From Oscillatoriales bacterium (GTDB taxonomy: Bacteria; Cyanobacteriota; Cyanobacteriia; Cyanobacteriales; Microcoleaceae): a stretch of 6,240 bases of DNA. The notes under the pieces are model-generated. The model searched no databases. It was given only the letters and a program-made list of their open reading frames with translations, and was not told the DNA's origin. Shown one piece after another: positions 4,651-6,240 of the stretch (the stretch's first letter is position 1; every line of letters starts with the position of its first letter). The translations under genes and the position numbers were made by a program. The stretch covers positions 1 to 6,240 of the forward strand of contig JAYTZD010000368.1 in NCBI GenBank assembly GCA_043742065.1, in the 5' to 3' direction.

Positions 4651-4925
4651 CTCTCTTCATCGTATTCTGAGTGAGTTAATATAGCCCGAATATATACTTT
4701 ATTCCGATTGTAATGAATAGCAGCAATGAGTCGAACTTTATTTCCTCCTATATTGAAGACAGTCAATTTACCGACTAGATCGGCAGAGGGAAATATTTCG
4801 CGGAGTTCAACGAAGGTTGCAAATTCATTTTGTTTGACAAGTTTGTACCACTGAACCAAGGCATTTGTTGTATCTGGATGAAGTTTAGCAAACTCATTCA
4901 GCCGTTTGCGGGTAATCACGTGCAT
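4638..4925 (-). CDS. higB: Type II toxin HigB (RelE-fold mRNA interferase, HigB_toxin family), 95 aa
   Basis: MHVITRKRLNEFAKLHP...FPSADLVGKLTVFNIGGNKVRLIAAIHYNRNKVYIRAILTHSEYD closely parallels E. coli HigB/YgjN as I recall it (MHLITQKAL...VFNVGGNELRVVAMVFFESQKCYIREVMTHKEYD). The toxin-first gene order is typical of higBA. Confidence 0.9.
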   Translation of the reverse strand: MHVITRKRLNEFAKLHPDTTNALVQWYKLVKQNEFATFVELREIFPSADLVGKLTVFNIGGNKVRLIAAIHYNRNKVYIRAILTHSEYDEERWKE

Positions 4926-5053
4926 ATTAATTTGCTCATGCCTCCTCCTCTTTAATTCTTAGCATTTCACTCAGCATGACATATGGGCTTTGTGTAACAT
5001 CAAGTCAATTTTACCATGAGGATTACAGGTAGATTGCGATTTGTCGTTGGGTG

Positions 5054-5108
5054 GGGGCGGGTTTTTGAGATGGTCATTCGGTGTCGTAAATGTTGGCGAA
5101 CCCGCCCC
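5054..5108 (-). terminator. GC-rich inverted repeat 20 nt downstream of the ubiD stop. Possible terminator, but non-canonical.
   Basis: GGGGCGGGTT (5054-5063) pairs perfectly with AACCCGCCCC (5099-5108). The loop is 35 nt, and no U-tract follows the stem on the minus-strand transcript, so the assignment is weak. Confidence 0.3.
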
Positions 5109-5127
5109 TACAGGTCGATTAATTCCC

Positions 5128-6240
5128 CTACTTCATCTCATATCCAAACAAATTTGGATCGACTTCTCCCAAATTTAAATCGGCCAAACCATACTCAGCC
5201 CAACGCCGCTGAACCATCGCCGTCATATCAGGATCGGATTCCAAAGGTTTACCCCATTCGTGATCGGTTTCCGGCGGCATCTTCGTAGTAGCATCAATGC
5301 CCATTCTGCCTCCCAAACCAATTTTTTCACTGGCAAAATCTAACGTGTCAAAAGGTGTATTCGGCAAGATAAATACATCTCGAACTGGGTCAACTTTAGA
5401 ACTAATTGCCCAGACTACTTGACGCGGATCGCGAATGTTGATACTTTTATCGACAACAATCACAAACTTAGTGTAAGTAAACTGCGGTAATGCACTCCAA
5501 AATGCTAAAGCAGCCCTGCGCGCTTGACCGGGATATGCTTTATCGATCGAGATAATTGCAGCTTTGTAACTCAGGGCTTCCATCGGTAGGAAGAAATCGA
5601 CAATTTCCGATACTTGCTGCCGCAAAATAGGAGTATAAATGCGATTCAGCGCGATCGCCATCATCGCTTCTTCTTTCGGTGGCCGCCCGCTAAATGTGGT
5701 TAGATAAATTGGGTCTTTGCGGTGTGTCATGCAGTTGAATCGTACCAGTGGCGAATCTTCGACACCGCCGTAATAACCCATGTGGTCGCCGAAGGGCCCG
5801 TCTGGCAAAACTTCACCGGGGGTAATCGTTCCTTCTAATACGATTTCCGAGTCTGCGGGTACTTCCAAATCTACGGTTTTGCACTTTGCCAATTGCACGC
5901 CGGAACCGCCATAAAGTCCGGCAAATAACCATTCGGATAAATCTACAGGAATTGGGGTAGCTGCGGCTAGGATGATTAGTGGGTCAACTCCCAGGGCGAT
6001 CGCAACTTCCAACTTTTTACCAGCCTGCGCCGCTTTTCGCAAGTGTCGCGCCCCACCCCGCACCGATAACCAGTGTACAGTCATCGTGTTTTTTGACTGC
6101 AACTGCAACCGATAAACGCCCACATTCGGCGTACCCGTTTCGCAATCTTTGGTAATTACCAAACCCAAGGTGATAATTTTGCCCGCATCTCCCGGATAGG
6201 GGCGAATCATCGGGATTTTGTTCAAATCCAGCCCTTCTCC
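5128..6240 (-). CDS. ubiD: UbiD-family (prenylated-FMN dependent) decarboxylase, likely 4-hydroxy-3-polyprenylbenzoate decarboxylase. Partial: the N-terminus lies beyond the window.
   Basis: The frame stays open to position 6240 (…GEGLDLNKIPMIRP…). The track 'M' at 6225 is a TTG read as Leu. Conserved UbiD strings are present: ITLGLVITKDCETGTPNVGVYRLQL, GGARH, GPFGDHMGYYGG and FVIVVDKSINIRD. Stop TAG is at 5128-5130. Confidence 0.9.
   Translation of the reverse strand, partial: GEGLDLNKIPMIRPYPGDAGKIITLGLVITKDCETGTPNVGVYRLQLQSKNTMTVHWLSVRGGARHLRKAAQAGKKLEVAIALGVDPLIILAAATPIPVDLSEWLFAGLYGGSGVQLAKCKTVDLEVPADSEIVLEGTITPGEVLPDGPFGDHMGYYGGVEDSPLVRFNCMTHRKDPIYLTTFSGRPPKEEAMMAIALNRIYTPILRQQVSEIVDFFLPMEALSYKAAIISIDKAYPGQARRAALAFWSALPQFTYTKFVIVVDKSINIRDPRQVVWAISSKVDPVRDVFILPNTPFDTLDFASEKIGLGGRMGIDATTKMPPETDHEWGKPLESDPDMTAMVQRRWAEYGLADLNLGEVDPNLFGYEMK

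Noticed and set aside
4976-5008. Possible higBA promoter (TTGACT on the minus strand at 5008-5003, with weak -10 candidates around 4976-4985)
   Set aside because: The -35 match is good, but no acceptable -10 hexamer lies at 16-19 nt spacing. I left it unannotated.
5016-5288. 90-aa ORF on the + strand
   Set aside because: It overlaps the 3' end of ubiD in antisense and spans the GC-rich hairpin. Its composition is R/P-rich and it has no SD.
75-6003. Recurrent GCGATCGC octamers (at least nine copies)
   Set aside because: This is the genome-wide HIP1 palindrome of cyanobacteria. It is useful as a taxonomic hint, but it is not a local functional element. Several copies simply encode the V-R-S-L part of the TPR units.

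Overview
The window looks like cyanobacterial chromosome: there are at least nine exact HIP1 octamers (GCGATCGC) at 75, 105, 2011, 3260, 3638, 3764, 4389, 5651 and 5996. Gene order is as follows. (1) A small XRE-type HTH regulator (165-377, +). (2) A RelE/ParE-type toxin with an overlapping upstream antitoxin (539-1163, -). (3) A 163-codon coiled-coil ORF (1300-1791, +), followed by a 767-aa NB-ARC/STAND NTPase with about 8 very regular 42-aa TPR units (1896-4199, +). (4) A HigB toxin plus a short HigA-like partner that lacks the HTH domain (4405-4925, -). (5) The 3' three quarters of a UbiD-family decarboxylase gene that runs off the right edge (5128-6240, -). The most interesting signal is the junction between the coiled-coil ORF and the NB-ARC gene. 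The NB-ARC frame is open and protein-like for 37 codons upstream of its first possible start codon. It overlaps the end of the coiled-coil ORF at a canonical -1 slippery heptamer, A AAA AAG (1779-1785), which is in the correct register. An SD-like TAAGG lies 7 nt upstream, the 0-frame stop is one codon downstream, and a 10-bp stem-loop starts 3-6 nt downstream. The locus is therefore either a recoded (-1 frameshift) NLR-like gene giving a short and a long (about 966 aa) product, or a homopolymer indel or pseudogene. I cannot tell which from sequence alone. The NLR-like gene has no recognisable enzymatic effector domain and sits between two toxin-antitoxin modules, so it is a candidate uncharacterised conflict, defence or programmed-cell-death system. 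Long inverted repeats occupy two convergent intergenic regions (426-530 and 4219-4313).
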